64,000 bases of DNA, from assembly GCA_965217585.1 (NCBI GenBank), contig OZ244561.1:1632001-1696000 (forward strand). Reading direction: 5' to 3'. The notes beneath the pieces were generated by a model. The model saw only the letters and a list, made by a program, of their open reading frames with translations, was not told the origin of the DNA and did not search any database. This DNA is from Candidatus Latescibacterota bacterium (GTDB lineage Bacteria; Latescibacterota; UBA2968; UBA8231). Made by a program: the position numbers and the translations under genes. Shown here piece after piece: positions 36,563-50,972 of the stretch (the first letter of the stretch is position 1; every line of letters starts with the position of its first letter).

Positions 36563-37153
36563 TCAGCGCTCCTTGAGGGCCAGTTTGATTAGCTGTTGCA
36601 CACTCAGGTCGGTGCCGTGCTTTTCGACGGCCTTGCGCACCGCCTGACGAGCGGCAGGTGCTGCGTAGCCCAATGTCATCAGTGCCTTTGCCGCCTCCTC
36701 GCTCGCGCCAGCTTTGGCCGGCGAGGCCGCCTCGCCGGCCACCGGGGCACTCAAACGGACCTTGTCCTTTAGATCGAGCACCAAGCGTTCCGCGGTCTTG
36801 CGACCAATGCCCTTGATCGCCGTCAGTTCGTTTACGCGCTCCTGTAAGATGGCCTCCTGCAAGTCGCGCAGGGTCATACCCGACAGCACGGTCAGCGCCG
36901 AATGAGGGCCGATGCCCGAAACGCCGATCAGCAACTCAAAGACCTCCCGCTCTTCCTCATCGGCAAAGCCGAAAAGCTCCATGCGATCTTCGCGCACGTA
37001 GAGATAGGTAGATAAATGGACCGCCTCGGAGGCTGGGGGTAGTTGGTCGAAAGTTATCAGGGATATGGCCAAGCCATAACCCACGCCTCCGACGTCGACG
37101 ACGGCATGGGTAGGTGATTTGGACAGGAGTGTTCCGCGCAGGTGTGTTATCAC
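36563..37153 (-). CDS. ruvA: Holliday junction DNA-binding protein RuvA
   Basis: GTG start ITHLRG, GGVGY, VRED..LFGF, VSGIGP, IKGIGRKTAERL. Confidence 0.95.
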   Translation of the reverse strand: MITHLRGTLLSKSPTHAVVDVGGVGYGLAISLITFDQLPPASEAVHLSTYLYVREDRMELFGFADEEEREVFELLIGVSGIGPHSALTVLSGMTLRDLQEAILQERVNELTAIKGIGRKTAERLVLDLKDKVRLSAPVAGEAASPAKAGASEEAAKALMTLGYAAPAARQAVRKAVEKHGTDLSVQQLIKLALKER

Positions 37154-37161
37154 GGATATAC

Positions 37162-37701
37162 CTAACGCCGGACCACGCGGCTCAACAAGGCTTCTATCTC
37201 GGGCTTGCGCTGACCTCGGCCCTCGCATACAACCCGGCCGGCCTGCTGGGTGTGGCATAGCGCAATGGCTAAGGCGTCTGATGCATCGAGGGGCTTGGGC
37301 CGTTCCTTCAGACCCAGACTGCGGGCCACCATGAACTGGACCTGTTGCTTGGTCGCTTGGCCATTCCCGGTCACCGACTTTTTAACCCTCGTCGGCGCAT
37401 AGTGAGCAATGGGCAAGCCGGCTTTGCGCATGGCGATGATCAGCACACCTCTCGCTTGGCCTAGCTTGGCCGCCGCTGTGGCGTCCTTGCCGAAGAACGT
37501 GGTTTCGATCGCGCCCTCGTCTGGGGCGTATTCGCCGATGAGCCGCGTCATCTCGTCGAACATGTAAACCAGCCGATCCTCAAACTCACTTTCCTTCGGA
37601 CGGATGCAGCCGCAGGTAATATAGCGAGCCTTGCGCTTGCTATATTCGACGAAGCCATAGCCAGTGCTCGTGCTGCTAGGATCTACTCCGAGAACAAGCA
37701 A
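37162..37701 (-). CDS. ruvC: Crossover junction endodeoxyribonuclease RuvC
   Basis: LGVDP, TGYG, IE, LGQARG, VKKSVTGNG.A.K.QV, DASDALAIALCH. Confidence 0.95.
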   Translation of the reverse strand: MLVLGVDPSSTSTGYGFVEYSKRKARYITCGCIRPKESEFEDRLVYMFDEMTRLIGEYAPDEGAIETTFFGKDATAAAKLGQARGVLIIAMRKAGLPIAHYAPTRVKKSVTGNGQATKQQVQFMVARSLGLKERPKPLDASDALAIALCHTQQAGRVVCEGRGQRKPEIEALLSRVVRR

Positions 37702-37713
37702 AGCGAGGACTCA

Positions 37714-38472
37714 CTAAGCCTGAGCCATAAGTTTTTCGAGCTCGTCTTCTCGGAGATCGAAATTGGAAAAGACCTTCTGTACGTCGTCTAAATCCTCCAA
37801 TGCCTCAAGAAGGCGGATGATTTTCTCGGCCTCTTCGCCTTGTACTTCGAGCACATTTTCGCTTTTGGGCATCCAAGCCAACGTCGCCTGGGCGAAGGCA
37901 ATGCCGTTGTCCTCCAGTGCCTTTTTAACTGGCTCCAAGTCGGCAACCGGGGTCATTACTTCGTGGACTTGGTCGCCATCCTGGATATCCTCGCCCCCCG
38001 CATCTACGACCGCCAACAGGAGGTCGTCTTCGGAAGCATTGGCCTTGTCTACTTCGATAACGCCCTTGTGTTCAAACATCCAAGCTACCGCCCCACTCTC
38101 TGCGAGGTTGCCGTTGTACTTAGTGAATACATGGCGAATTTCGGAAACCGTGCGGTTGCGGTTGTCCGATAGGGTTTCGACTATGATGGCCACCCCACCC
38201 GGTCCATAGCCTTCAAAGAGGCCCTCCTCGTATACCGCCCCCGGCTCGTCGCCGGTGCCGCGGCGTATGGCGCGCTCAATTGTTGCCGCGGGCATATTGG
38301 CCGCTCTGGCATTCTGGACTGCCGTGCGCAGATTCGGGTTGATTTCCTCATCACCTCCGCTACGGGCGGCCACTGAAAGCTCGCGAATTAACTTCGTAAA
38401 TATCTTGCCGCGCTTGGCGTCGTTAGCACCTTTTTTGCGCTTGATCGTACTCCATTTGGAGTGGCCGGACAT
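37714..38472 (-). CDS. yebC: YebC/PmpR family protein
   Basis: MSGHSKWSTIKRKKG, EGYGPGG, DNRNRT, DDVQKVFSN. Confidence 0.96.
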   Translation of the reverse strand: MSGHSKWSTIKRKKGANDAKRGKIFTKLIRELSVAARSGGDEEINPNLRTAVQNARAANMPAATIERAIRRGTGDEPGAVYEEGLFEGYGPGGVAIIVETLSDNRNRTVSEIRHVFTKYNGNLAESGAVAWMFEHKGVIEVDKANASEDDLLLAVVDAGGEDIQDGDQVHEVMTPVADLEPVKKALEDNGIAFAQATLAWMPKSENVLEVQGEEAEKIIRLLEALEDLDDVQKVFSNFDLREDELEKLMAQA

Positions 38473-38557
38473 CGGCTTTATCTCCTTGCTAATCCCCACA
38501 CTCACTTCCTCTGTCAAAACAGAAGCACTGCTGGGGAAAAATCGGCTGTTTTCTATG

Positions 38558-38586
38558 ACAATATTAAGATAAAAAAACCCACGCAA
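38558..38586 (-). promoter_or_regulatory. Putative sigma70 promoter for yebC-ruvCAB
   Basis: TTGCGT-17 nt-TATTGT. Confidence 0.45.
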
Positions 38587-38589
38587 TCC

Positions 38590-38630
38590 AAAAAGCAAAG
38601 GGCCGCCGACCACTTGGCCGACCGCCCTTC
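38590..38630 (-). terminator. Putative terminator after the EF-G2 gene
   Basis: Imperfect GC-rich stem AAGGGCGGTCGGCC/GGTCGGCGGCCCTT followed by TGCTTTTT. Confidence 0.55.
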
Positions 38631-38652
38631 ACAACGAGTAAAAGCAAGCTTC

Positions 38653-40722
38653 TTACGCCGCTTCTCTTCCCTTGTTCTTCTGCGAATCCTCGATGATTTT
38701 AGCCATGATATCTCCGGGTACGTCCTCGTAGCGGTCGAATCTCTGCGCGTGGAATCCCTTGCCCTGCGTCATTGAGCGCAGCAACGTGGCGTAACGGTCT
38801 ATTTCCGCTAAGGGGGCCTCGGCGTGGATGACCTGGAAATGGCCAGCTGTGTCCATACCGCTGATCCGACCCCGCCGCGACGAGAGATCGCCCATTACGT
38901 CGCCCATAAACTCCTCGGGCACCGTAATCTCCAGATGGTAGATAGGTTCTAGCAGGATCGGTTTGGCTTTGAGGAAGGCACCCCTAAAGGCGTGAGAACT
39001 GGCCAACTTAAAAGAAACCTCGTCTGAGTCTACCGGGTGGTGCTTACCGTCGTACACGGTGACAGCCACATCAATGACTTGGTAACCGGCCACGGGCCCT
39101 TGGCTCAGAGACTCGACGATGCCCTTTTCCACCGCAGGGATGAAGTTGCTCGGGATATTGCCGCCGACGACCTCATTGAGAAACTCAAAACCTTCACCGC
39201 GCCCCTTGGGAGCAATGCGCAGAAACACTTCGCCAAACTGCCCCCGTCCGCCCGACTGTTTCTTGTGCCGGTATTGTGCCTCGGCGTTGCCGCGGGTCGT
39301 TTCTCGATAAGGAATCCTCGGCACCTCCATATCGATCTCCACGCTAAAGCGCTCCTTCAGGCGACTAAGGAGAGTTTCCAGATGCAACTCACCTTGGGCG
39401 AGGAGGATCGTTTGGCGGACCTCGCCGTCGTATTTCATGATGAAGCTTGGGTCTTCCTGGTGCAACTGGGAAAGTCCGGTGGCCATGCGCTCCTCGCCGC
39501 CCTGCTCCTTGGCGTGAATAGCCACGCGAATTAGCGGTTCGGGGAATTCAATGCCCGGAAGTTGTAGCAACTCGCCCTTGGCGCAAAGCGTATCGGTCGT
39601 ATGGGTGCCCTTGAGTTTGACTAAGGCGACGATATCGCCGGCCTCGGCACTTTCGACCTCGATCCGCCTGTTGCCGTTGAGGTGATAGATCTGACCAATG
39701 CGCTCGGTACTGCGGTTGCTTGAGTTGGCCACTTCGTCGCCGGGCTTGATCGCGCCAGAGAAGAGGCGCAGCAGAGAAAGCTCACCTACGTGCTGCTCGG
39801 CCAAGGTCTTGAACACCAAGGCAGCTAAGGGCGCGGTAGCGGTACCTTCAAGCTCAACTTCCTGTTCCTCGCCATCCTGGAATCTGAGTCCTGCAGCCTC
39901 GACCGGCGACGGCCCGTATTGCACCAAGGCGTCCAGCAGCCGATCGATGCCGACATTGTTGTAGGCATCTCCGAAAAAGACCGGAAAAATTTCGAGCCGT
40001 AACATAGCCTGGCGCAAACCAGCAACTATATCCTCTGTGGTCAATTCGCCCTCGCTGAAATACTTCTCCATCAGTTCCTCATCGGTCTCGGCGATGGATT
40101 CTACTAGCTGCTCGCGCAACTCTTCGGCGCGGCTCTGGACCTCCTCAGGTACTTCTCCTTCAGTGGCCTTACCATCTTGGTACGCATAGGCTCTCATGGC
40201 AACCAAATCGACAATATGGTTGAATCCCTCACCGGGGTTTACCGCCATTTGCAAAGGCACGACTTGGCGCCCGAAGCGCCCTTGAACCATTTCTAAGACT
40301 TGATCGGCGTCGGCATCGGCGCGATCCATCTTGTTGATGAATAGCACCCGGGACAAATTGTAATCGGCAGCGAAATTCCAAGTCCGCTCGGTGCCGATCT
40401 CTACTCCGGTAACCGAATCGACGACAGCGACTGCCGCGTCGGACACTCGCAGCGCCGCCTTGGCCTCGGAGATAAAGTCTGCATAGCCCGGCGTATCCAT
40501 TAGGTTGAGGTGATGATCCTGCCACTGGCCATTTAGCAAAGAGACCTTGAGCGAAATCTGGCGCTCAATCTCGGCCGAATCGCAATCTGATGTCGTCGTC
40601 CCGTCATCAATGCGTCCCAAGCGGTTTACGACGCCCATGTTGAATAACATGGCCTCCGACAGCGCTGTTTTACCCGCGCCGCTATGGCCACACAGAGAAA
40701 AATTCCTCGTTTGTTCGCTCAA
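38653..40722 (-). CDS. Elongation factor G paralogue (EF-G2 type)
   Basis: Five-domain EF-G layout; GHSGAGKT, ERQISL, DTPGY, NKMD, HKKQSGGRGQFG, HPVDS; not in an rpsL-rpsG-tuf operon. Confidence 0.92.
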   Translation of the reverse strand: MSEQTRNFSLCGHSGAGKTALSEAMLFNMGVVNRLGRIDDGTTTSDCDSAEIERQISLKVSLLNGQWQDHHLNLMDTPGYADFISEAKAALRVSDAAVAVVDSVTGVEIGTERTWNFAADYNLSRVLFINKMDRADADADQVLEMVQGRFGRQVVPLQMAVNPGEGFNHIVDLVAMRAYAYQDGKATEGEVPEEVQSRAEELREQLVESIAETDEELMEKYFSEGELTTEDIVAGLRQAMLRLEIFPVFFGDAYNNVGIDRLLDALVQYGPSPVEAAGLRFQDGEEQEVELEGTATAPLAALVFKTLAEQHVGELSLLRLFSGAIKPGDEVANSSNRSTERIGQIYHLNGNRRIEVESAEAGDIVALVKLKGTHTTDTLCAKGELLQLPGIEFPEPLIRVAIHAKEQGGEERMATGLSQLHQEDPSFIMKYDGEVRQTILLAQGELHLETLLSRLKERFSVEIDMEVPRIPYRETTRGNAEAQYRHKKQSGGRGQFGEVFLRIAPKGRGEGFEFLNEVVGGNIPSNFIPAVEKGIVESLSQGPVAGYQVIDVAVTVYDGKHHPVDSDEVSFKLASSHAFRGAFLKAKPILLEPIYHLEITVPEEFMGDVMGDLSSRRGRISGMDTAGHFQVIHAEAPLAEIDRYATLLRSMTQGKGFHAQRFDRYEDVPGDIMAKIIEDSQKNKGREAA

Positions 40723-40798
40723 TTTGACCCCTCCTGAATTAAGAGGGTCTTAATTAATTGGCCCACATTGGCGTTGTCAAGGTATTTCCATAAGACAC

Positions 40799-40828
40799 AA
40801 AAAAGCCCACCCCCGAAGGGATGGGCTT
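40799..40828 (-). terminator. rRNA operon terminator
   Basis: AAGCCCATCCC-TTCG-GGGGTGGGCTT followed by a T run. Confidence 0.85.
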
Positions 40829-40835
40829 AAAAAAA

Positions 40836-40952
40836 TCCGGCGGCGTCCTACTCTCCCACTAGGCGACCCCAGCAGTACCATCGGCGCAAGAGGGCTTAAC
40901 GGCTCTGTTCGGAATGGGAAGAGGTGTTTCCCCTCCGCTATGACCACCGGAA
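40836..40952 (-). rRNA. rrf: 5S rRNA
   Basis: CCCATTCCGAAC, GCCGATGGTACTG, GGGAGAGTAGG; ends approximate. Confidence 0.95.
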
Positions 40953-41032
40953 AACTCAAATTCTCTTCAACAATCGAATACAGGTCCACACCAAAAGCGA
41001 TGCAAAACTCCAGTATTGCTGCGACAATAAAT

Positions 41033-44054
<3,022 letters not shown>

Positions 44055-44160
44055 AAAAATCACTGTCCCAACACTACTAGAGATTATGCATCACGGTGTC
44101 TCGAGCAGTAAACACATAACGCGCTTCCACTCGGTAAACCTTAGATTACTTAATTGGTGT

Positions 44161-44187
44161 GAACCTGTATTCGATTGTCAAAGAGCA
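44161..44187 (-). promoter_or_regulatory. Spacer boxA and 23S processing-stem arm
   Basis: GCTCTTTGACAA boxA-like; CCTGTATTCGATTG is complementary to CAATCGAATACAGG near 40971. Confidence 0.7.
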
Positions 44188-44198
44188 AAAAGCCTGAA

Positions 44199-44275
<77 letters not shown>

Positions 44276-44364
44276 GAAAATCGAATAACGCACATGAGGA
44301 CAGGTCGAAGAGTAAAACATTGACCTAGGCGGATAATGTCAGAAGTCTAAACTCCCAATAATCC

Positions 44365-45926
<1,562 letters not shown>

Positions 45927-45978
45927 AGAAAGATCTGATGTACTACTTTTTGCAAATCCAAGCTCTTCGACGCTGGAC

Positions 45979-46010
45979 CCTCATGTACGTTATTCGATTT
46001 TCAAAGATCA
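45979..46010 (-). promoter_or_regulatory. Leader boxA and 16S processing-stem arm
   Basis: GATCTTTGAAAA boxA-like; CCTCATGTACGTTATTCGATTTT pairs with AAAATCGAATAACGCACATGAGG at about 44277-44299. Confidence 0.7.
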
Positions 46011-46040
46011 ATACCGCTCAGGTATCGAGCGTAACATCGG

Positions 46041-46069
46041 AAAATAGTATACAACTCTTCCTCTGTCAA
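46041..46069 (-). promoter_or_regulatory. Putative rrn promoter
   Basis: TTGACA-17 nt-TATTTT with an A/T tract upstream. Confidence 0.6.
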
Positions 46070-46122
46070 GAGGGAAAACAAAATATCGGCGTCAAAGACA
46101 GAATCGATACAACGCTCCCATA

Positions 46123-47361
46123 TCAACCCCAGCTAGAGGCACCCTTCAATTCGCCCTGCCTTTCTAAGGCGATGCGCTCGAAGTAACCGCTACGACGATA
46201 GGCACCTAGGGGATCGGCTTCGGCCCCCAGTTCCTGGCGCACAGTCGCCAGCAAGGGCCGCACATCCGTGTCATAGGCATTGCGCAAGATTTCTTCGCAT
46301 GCCACTACGTCGTCCTCCGCCTGAGCCTCAGCTAGTGCCGTGCGGTCGACCAGCAATGCACGGGTATAGGCCGTCTGTATATTGAGCACTGACTGGATCA
46401 TCGCCTCGACTTTGGGCTTGATAATATGGCTTTGATCAATCATGTAGGCAATATTAGCCGCTGCGGCACCGCGCCGCTCAGCGTTGAGGATCTCGTGGTA
46501 AATCAGAAAAACCTCGTAGAGGTTGACCGATCCGGTCGTCACATCGTCATCGGCGTATTTGCGGTTGTTGAAGTGAAAACCACCCATCCGACCCTCGTCG
46601 AGGAGCAAGGCCACTAGGTGCTCAATATTGGTGGAGAGGGGATGGTGCCCTAGATCAACCAGCACTTCGGCCTTCGGCCCGGCCTTAATGGAGAAATTTA
46701 GCGCCATACCCCAGTCGGCAATGTCCGTATGGTAAAATGCCGGCTCGAAGAATTTGTATTCAATGAGCATCCGTGCCCCTTCGGGCAGCATTGCGTGAGT
46801 CTCACGCAGACATTCTTCAAATCGCCGCTTGCGTTCGATGATATCGTCTTGGCCCGGGTAGTTCGTACCGTCGGCAAACCAAAGGCTCAGTACTGTGGAC
46901 CCTGTCTGCTGCATGATGTCCACGCACTCGTGCATGTGCTCAAGCGCTTTGCGACGCACGGCCGGGTCCCGATGGCCGAAACTGCCCAATTTGTACTCAG
47001 GCTCTTGGAAGACATTGGGATTGATTGCCCCAATGCACACACCCAATTCCGTCGCTTCTTGCCCCAGAGCGTCGTAGTCATCCACTTTATCCCAAGGGAT
47101 GTGCAAAGCCACGCCGGGACAGACACCCGTCATCTTATGCACTTGGGCCGCGTCGGAAAGCCGCTCGTGGACGTCGCGGGCGGCACCGGGCTGTTTGAAA
47201 ACGCCAAAGCGCGTCCCAGAATTGCCATATCCCCAAGAGGGCGTCTCGATCTCTTGGGCTTTGAGCTTGGCTTTGACTTCTTCGACTTCGATCCCTTGGC
47301 CTGAGAGCATCTCGGCTAAAGCTGCGAATTGGGCCTCTATATTGTGCTCTGGAATTCCCAT
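46123..47361 (-). CDS. rhaI: L-rhamnose isomerase (RhaI type, xylose-isomerase-like TIM barrel)
   Basis: [61 protein letters not shown]. Confidence 0.88.
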   Translation of the reverse strand: MGIPEHNIEAQFAALAEMLSGQGIEVEEVKAKLKAQEIETPSWGYGNSGTRFGVFKQPGAARDVHERLSDAAQVHKMTGVCPGVALHIPWDKVDDYDALGQEATELGVCIGAINPNVFQEPEYKLGSFGHRDPAVRRKALEHMHECVDIMQQTGSTVLSLWFADGTNYPGQDDIIERKRRFEECLRETHAMLPEGARMLIEYKFFEPAFYHTDIADWGMALNFSIKAGPKAEVLVDLGHHPLSTNIEHLVALLLDEGRMGGFHFNNRKYADDDVTTGSVNLYEVFLIYHEILNAERRGAAAANIAYMIDQSHIIKPKVEAMIQSVLNIQTAYTRALLVDRTALAEAQAEDDVVACEEILRNAYDTDVRPLLATVRQELGAEADPLGAYRRSGYFERIALERQGELKGASSWG

Positions 47362-47446
47362 TCTGCCTCTCCTTTAATTATCGGGCCTAGTAGGTCAAAT
47401 CCGGCAAGTCGGGACGGAAATTAAGCTCAGCCGCTGCGACCCGCAC

Positions 47447-48409
47447 TTAGGCGTTCTGCAGAACTTGTAGCTGAAGTTCGAGGTTGCGCAACCCGGCTTC
47501 GCCGGATACGAGCGGAGCTCGTTTGGGCTGTATCGCCGCCTCAGCAAACTGGACGATGAGCAGCGACATAAAATCATCGCCGATTAGCTCTGATTCACCG
47601 GTGCTGAGCACCGAGCAATAAGTTCCATCGGGCGCAGACCGCCCCGTGCAATCGACCAAAAAGCCATTAACGCCGAATCGCCGCAGGGGTTGGCCCGCGT
47701 GCAGATCGCGGACGATGATTTCGCAACGACAACTTCCCGTCGAGTCGGCAAAACTGAAGCAGGCCCCCACTTCCCCGCTCCCGGACACCACCTGTAGCGA
47801 CGCAGGCTCAATGACCCCGTCGGGCATCCAAGCCAAGAGCATGCTCAAAGGATGGGGAGCCATATCAATCCACACCTCCGCGGCGCAGCGGCGACGCCCC
47901 CGGGCCAAGGTCTCCATTTCCGCGTAAAAGGATTCTATGGTAGCGAGCGAACCACGGGCCTTTTCGTATAGCTGCCGGTAGTACGGCAGCGCGGCAGTGT
48001 ATTGAGTACAAACACCCAAGTGCAGATTGGTTTGCCTCGCCAAATCAACCAAGACCCGCGCCTGCATCTGCGTCTGCTCCGCCCCATCCGAATGCCAGAC
48101 TAAGGGCTTTTCGCAGAGTACGTGACAACCCCGTTCAAGAGCGCATTTAACACTGTCGAAATGGGCCTCGTTCGGCAGACAGACATCGACCACATCGGGC
48201 GCTTCTTCGGTCAGCAGCTGGTCCAAGTCCCAATAGCCCTGGCCCGAAAAGGGAAAAATATCGCCTAGAACGCGCTCTGTAGCAGCGACACTTTCCCGAT
48301 TGCGGCCCAAAAAGCCAACGACTTGCGCACCGACGCGGTGGAACCACTTGGCGTGATGCTTGCCGATGCCGCTGGCACCGGCGATGGCGACGCGCAGGGC
48401 CCTTTCCAT
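47447..48409 (-). CDS. Gfo/Idh/MocA family oxidoreductase
   Basis: Rossmann IAGASGIG, HVLCEKP, DMAPH; SD GGAGGAGG. Confidence 0.85.
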   Translation of the reverse strand: MERALRVAIAGASGIGKHHAKWFHRVGAQVVGFLGRNRESVAATERVLGDIFPFSGQGYWDLDQLLTEEAPDVVDVCLPNEAHFDSVKCALERGCHVLCEKPLVWHSDGAEQTQMQARVLVDLARQTNLHLGVCTQYTAALPYYRQLYEKARGSLATIESFYAEMETLARGRRRCAAEVWIDMAPHPLSMLLAWMPDGVIEPASLQVVSGSGEVGACFSFADSTGSCRCEIIVRDLHAGQPLRRFGVNGFLVDCTGRSAPDGTYCSVLSTGESELIGDDFMSLLIVQFAEAAIQPKRAPLVSGEAGLRNLELQLQVLQNA

Positions 48410-48423
48410 TCCTCCTCCAATAC

Positions 48424-48454
48424 AAAAAGAGCCGACAGCCCATCTGTCGGCTCT
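48424..48454 (-). terminator. Rho-independent terminator after the small basic ORF
   Basis: GAGCCGACAG/CTGTCGGCTC 10-bp stem followed by TTTTT on the minus strand. Confidence 0.8.
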
Positions 48455-48489
48455 CCCAAGCAAGGCCGATGGCCTCCAGCTTTAGCTGT

Positions 48490-48606
48490 TTACTTCTTCC
48501 GCGGTGACAGCTTGGCCTCCTGAGCGCGTTGCTTCAAGCGCTTTTTGCGCCGCTGTCGCCGACTCCTCAATTCCTTATCCCTCATTCTGCCTTTACTCGA
48601 ACCCAT
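48490..48606 (-). CDS. 38-aa highly basic small protein MGSSKGRMRDKELRSRRQRRKKRLKQRAQEAKLSPRKK (missed by the ORF track)
   Basis: ATG with SD AGGAAGGA; TAA stop; own downstream terminator; fills the intergenic gap. Confidence 0.7.
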   Translation of the reverse strand: MGSSKGRMRDKELRSRRQRRKKRLKQRAQEAKLSPRKK

Positions 48607-48669
48607 CTGTGTATCCTTCCTAAGAATAAGAAGCGGTTGCCGGCAATATATCCGGTGGCACCACTGAGG

Positions 48670-49593
48670 TCAAGCGAGGATCATCCGCAAAAGGGCCATG
48701 CGCACGTAAAGCCCGTTGTGGGCTTGGCGAAAATAGGCCGCCCGCGGATCCGCGTCCACTTCCGGGTCAATCTCGTCGACGCGCGGCAGCGGGTGCATGA
48801 CAACCGCGTGTTCCTGCATACAGTCCATCACCGAGCGATTGACAATGTACTTGCCCCGCGCCTGCTCGTATTCTCCAGTACGGTCGCCAAAGCGCTCCTT
48901 TTGGATGCGCGTCTGATAGACGACATCGGCCTGCCTCGCCACCTCATGTAGGTCGTCCACCTCCTCGAAAGGGACCTGGTGCCGCTGCAAGTACTCCTTT
49001 ATGTCGTCCTTCATCCTCACCGTCTCAGGCGCGACGAAGTACATCTTAACGCCCTCGTATTTGGCCAACAGATAGCACAGCGAACGCACCGTCCGTCCAT
49101 TGGCCAGATCTCCCACCAGAGCAATTGTAATTTTTTTGAGGCGTCCGATCTCGCGCTGGATGGTAAAGAGGTCCAACAGAGCCTGGGTCGGGTGCTGCCC
49201 GGCCCCATCGCCGGCGTTGATCACCGGGATGCCAGCGACAGCAGCAGCTCGATTGCTAGCTCCGCTTTCGTAGTGGCGCAACACGATTACGTCCGAGTAC
49301 CCGGCGACGACGCGAATGGTATCCTCAAGGGTCTCCCCCTTGGCCGCCGAAGAAAATTCCTGTGCGCTCTCGGTTGTAATCACCGTCCCACCCAACCGCG
49401 TCATCGCCGATTCAAAGGACAACCGCGTGCGCGTACTAGGCTCGTAGAACAGCGTCGCCATGACCCGGCGATTGAGGATATTGGATCCGTAGTGCTGCAC
49501 TACTTGCTCCATCTCTTGAGCCGTGGAGAAAATGGCGTCTATCAAGTCTAGGTCGAATTGCTGAGCTTCGAGGACGTGATAAAGGCGATCCAT
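48670..49593 (-). CDS. pyrB: Aspartate carbamoyltransferase catalytic subunit
   Basis: FYEPSTRTRLSF, KGETLEDT, NAGDG..HPTQALLD, RIQKERF, HPLPR. Confidence 0.96.
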   Translation of the reverse strand: MDRLYHVLEAQQFDLDLIDAIFSTAQEMEQVVQHYGSNILNRRVMATLFYEPSTRTRLSFESAMTRLGGTVITTESAQEFSSAAKGETLEDTIRVVAGYSDVIVLRHYESGASNRAAAVAGIPVINAGDGAGQHPTQALLDLFTIQREIGRLKKITIALVGDLANGRTVRSLCYLLAKYEGVKMYFVAPETVRMKDDIKEYLQRHQVPFEEVDDLHEVARQADVVYQTRIQKERFGDRTGEYEQARGKYIVNRSVMDCMQEHAVVMHPLPRVDEIDPEVDADPRAAYFRQAHNGLYVRMALLRMILA

Positions 49594-49603
49594 CAGGTGT
49601 ACC

Positions 49604-50041
49604 TCAACTGCCTTCCCGCTCCCCCAATACCGCCATAATCTCCGCCTCTGCGGCCACTTCCTCCCCTACTAGTGCTCGCCCCTGCAACTTACAAGACCCG
49701 CCCCGCTGCCTGAGCACCTTTAGCTCCAGCCGCAGTTGGTCCCCCGGCACTACCGGGCGGCGAAATTTGCAGCGATCAATCCCGGCGAAAAAAGGCACCT
49801 TGGATTCGGGATTTTCCACGCCGTGCAGCATCATCGCGCAACCCGCTTGCGCCAGTGCCTCGACGATCAGTACTCCGGGCATGACCGGATAACCGGGAAA
49901 ATGCCCTTGGAAAAACGATTCGTTGGCCGTCACATTTTTCAAGGCCACGACGCGTTCCCCAGGCACCAATTCGAGGATGCGGTCGATGAGCAACAGCGGA
50001 TAGCGATGTGGCAGTAGGTCGAGAATCTCCGTTAGGTTCAC
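49604..50041 (-). CDS. fabZ: 3-hydroxyacyl-ACP dehydratase (stand-alone)
   Basis: LPHRYPLLLID, FQGHFP..PVMPGVLIVEALAQ, FRRPVVPGD. Confidence 0.96.
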   Translation of the reverse strand: MNLTEILDLLPHRYPLLLIDRILELVPGERVVALKNVTANESFFQGHFPGYPVMPGVLIVEALAQAGCAMMLHGVENPESKVPFFAGIDRCKFRRPVVPGDQLRLELKVLRQRGGSCKLQGRALVGEEVAAEAEIMAVLGEREGS

Positions 50042-50574
50042 TCCTCTGCCTCTTCCTTTTCCTTCTCCATCAGTTCCAGTAGCTGCTCGGTCAGATCGTA
50101 CGCCTCCTTGGCGAACACTAGCCCGCTCGAAGGCGCGGCGGCGTCGAAAATGAAGTCGTAGCCCTCTTCCTCGGCCATGCCCTGAATGGCATCGTTGATC
50201 TTTTTAAAGATCGGCTCGGACAACTCGATATTCTTGCGCATCAACTCGCCTTCGGGGCCGAATTTCTCTTGGGTAAATTGTCGGAGTTGCTGCACTTTGG
50301 TCTCAAACTCGGCCTGTAGTTCCGCCTTTTTCGCCTCGCTCAACAGCAACTCCTGCCGACGAAAATCCTCTTCCAGCTTAAGCAGCTTGGCCTCGCGGTC
50401 CTTGGCCTGGTTCTCGTAATCCTGGCGCAGCTGGTCCAACGTGCGCTGCGCATCCCGGAATTCAGGTAGGCGCTCTTTGAGCACTTCTGAATCGATATAA
50501 CCTACTTTTAGTTGAGCCGAAGCACTAGTGACGCAACAGGCCACGACGAGGGCGAACAATAGGGCGCGTTTCAT
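50038..50574 (-). CDS. skp: OmpH/Skp periplasmic chaperone
   Basis: Signal peptide, KVGYID, coiled coil, GYDFIFD...DLT. Confidence 0.9.
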   Translation of the reverse strand: MKRALLFALVVACCVTSASAQLKVGYIDSEVLKERLPEFRDAQRTLDQLRQDYENQAKDREAKLLKLEEDFRRQELLLSEAKKAELQAEFETKVQQLRQFTQEKFGPEGELMRKNIELSEPIFKKINDAIQGMAEEEGYDFIFDAAAPSSGLVFAKEAYDLTEQLLELMEKEKEEAEE

Positions 50575-50669
50575 ACGTACTCCTCTTTATGGACGAAAAT
50601 CAATTGGATTGAGGTTGCTTTCATTTTTAATTCAACTGCGCTACTCTCGCTGCAACGGGTGTCAGACAA

Positions 50670-50972
50670 CTATTTGATCTGCATCTTGATCTTGGATCGC
50701 TTGCGCCGCGACAAGGAGAGCCCGCCGAAACCGCTGATAACGGCAATGTAAAACCCAGCATCGTACCACCAGCCGGTGTTTTGCGTTTCATAGAGGCGGA
50801 TAGCCGAGTCAAACAGGCCCCAGATGAGCGATATGGGAGCAATCCAACCGTGCCATATTCCCCAGAAAAACCCGGCGGGATTCACCTCGGTGTGTTTCCC
50901 GTCGCCAGGGACACACCCGGCAAGAGAAATCAGAACGATTAAGACAAGTATGCAGATCAACTGTTTGGCCAT
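50670..50972 (-). CDS. Small putative lipoprotein / membrane protein
   Basis: Lipobox LAGC; PAGFFWGIWHGWI...YE..NTGWWYDAGF. Confidence 0.7.
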   Translation of the reverse strand: MAKQLICILVLIVLISLAGCVPGDGKHTEVNPAGFFWGIWHGWIAPISLIWGLFDSAIRLYETQNTGWWYDAGFYIAVISGFGGLSLSRRKRSKIKMQIK

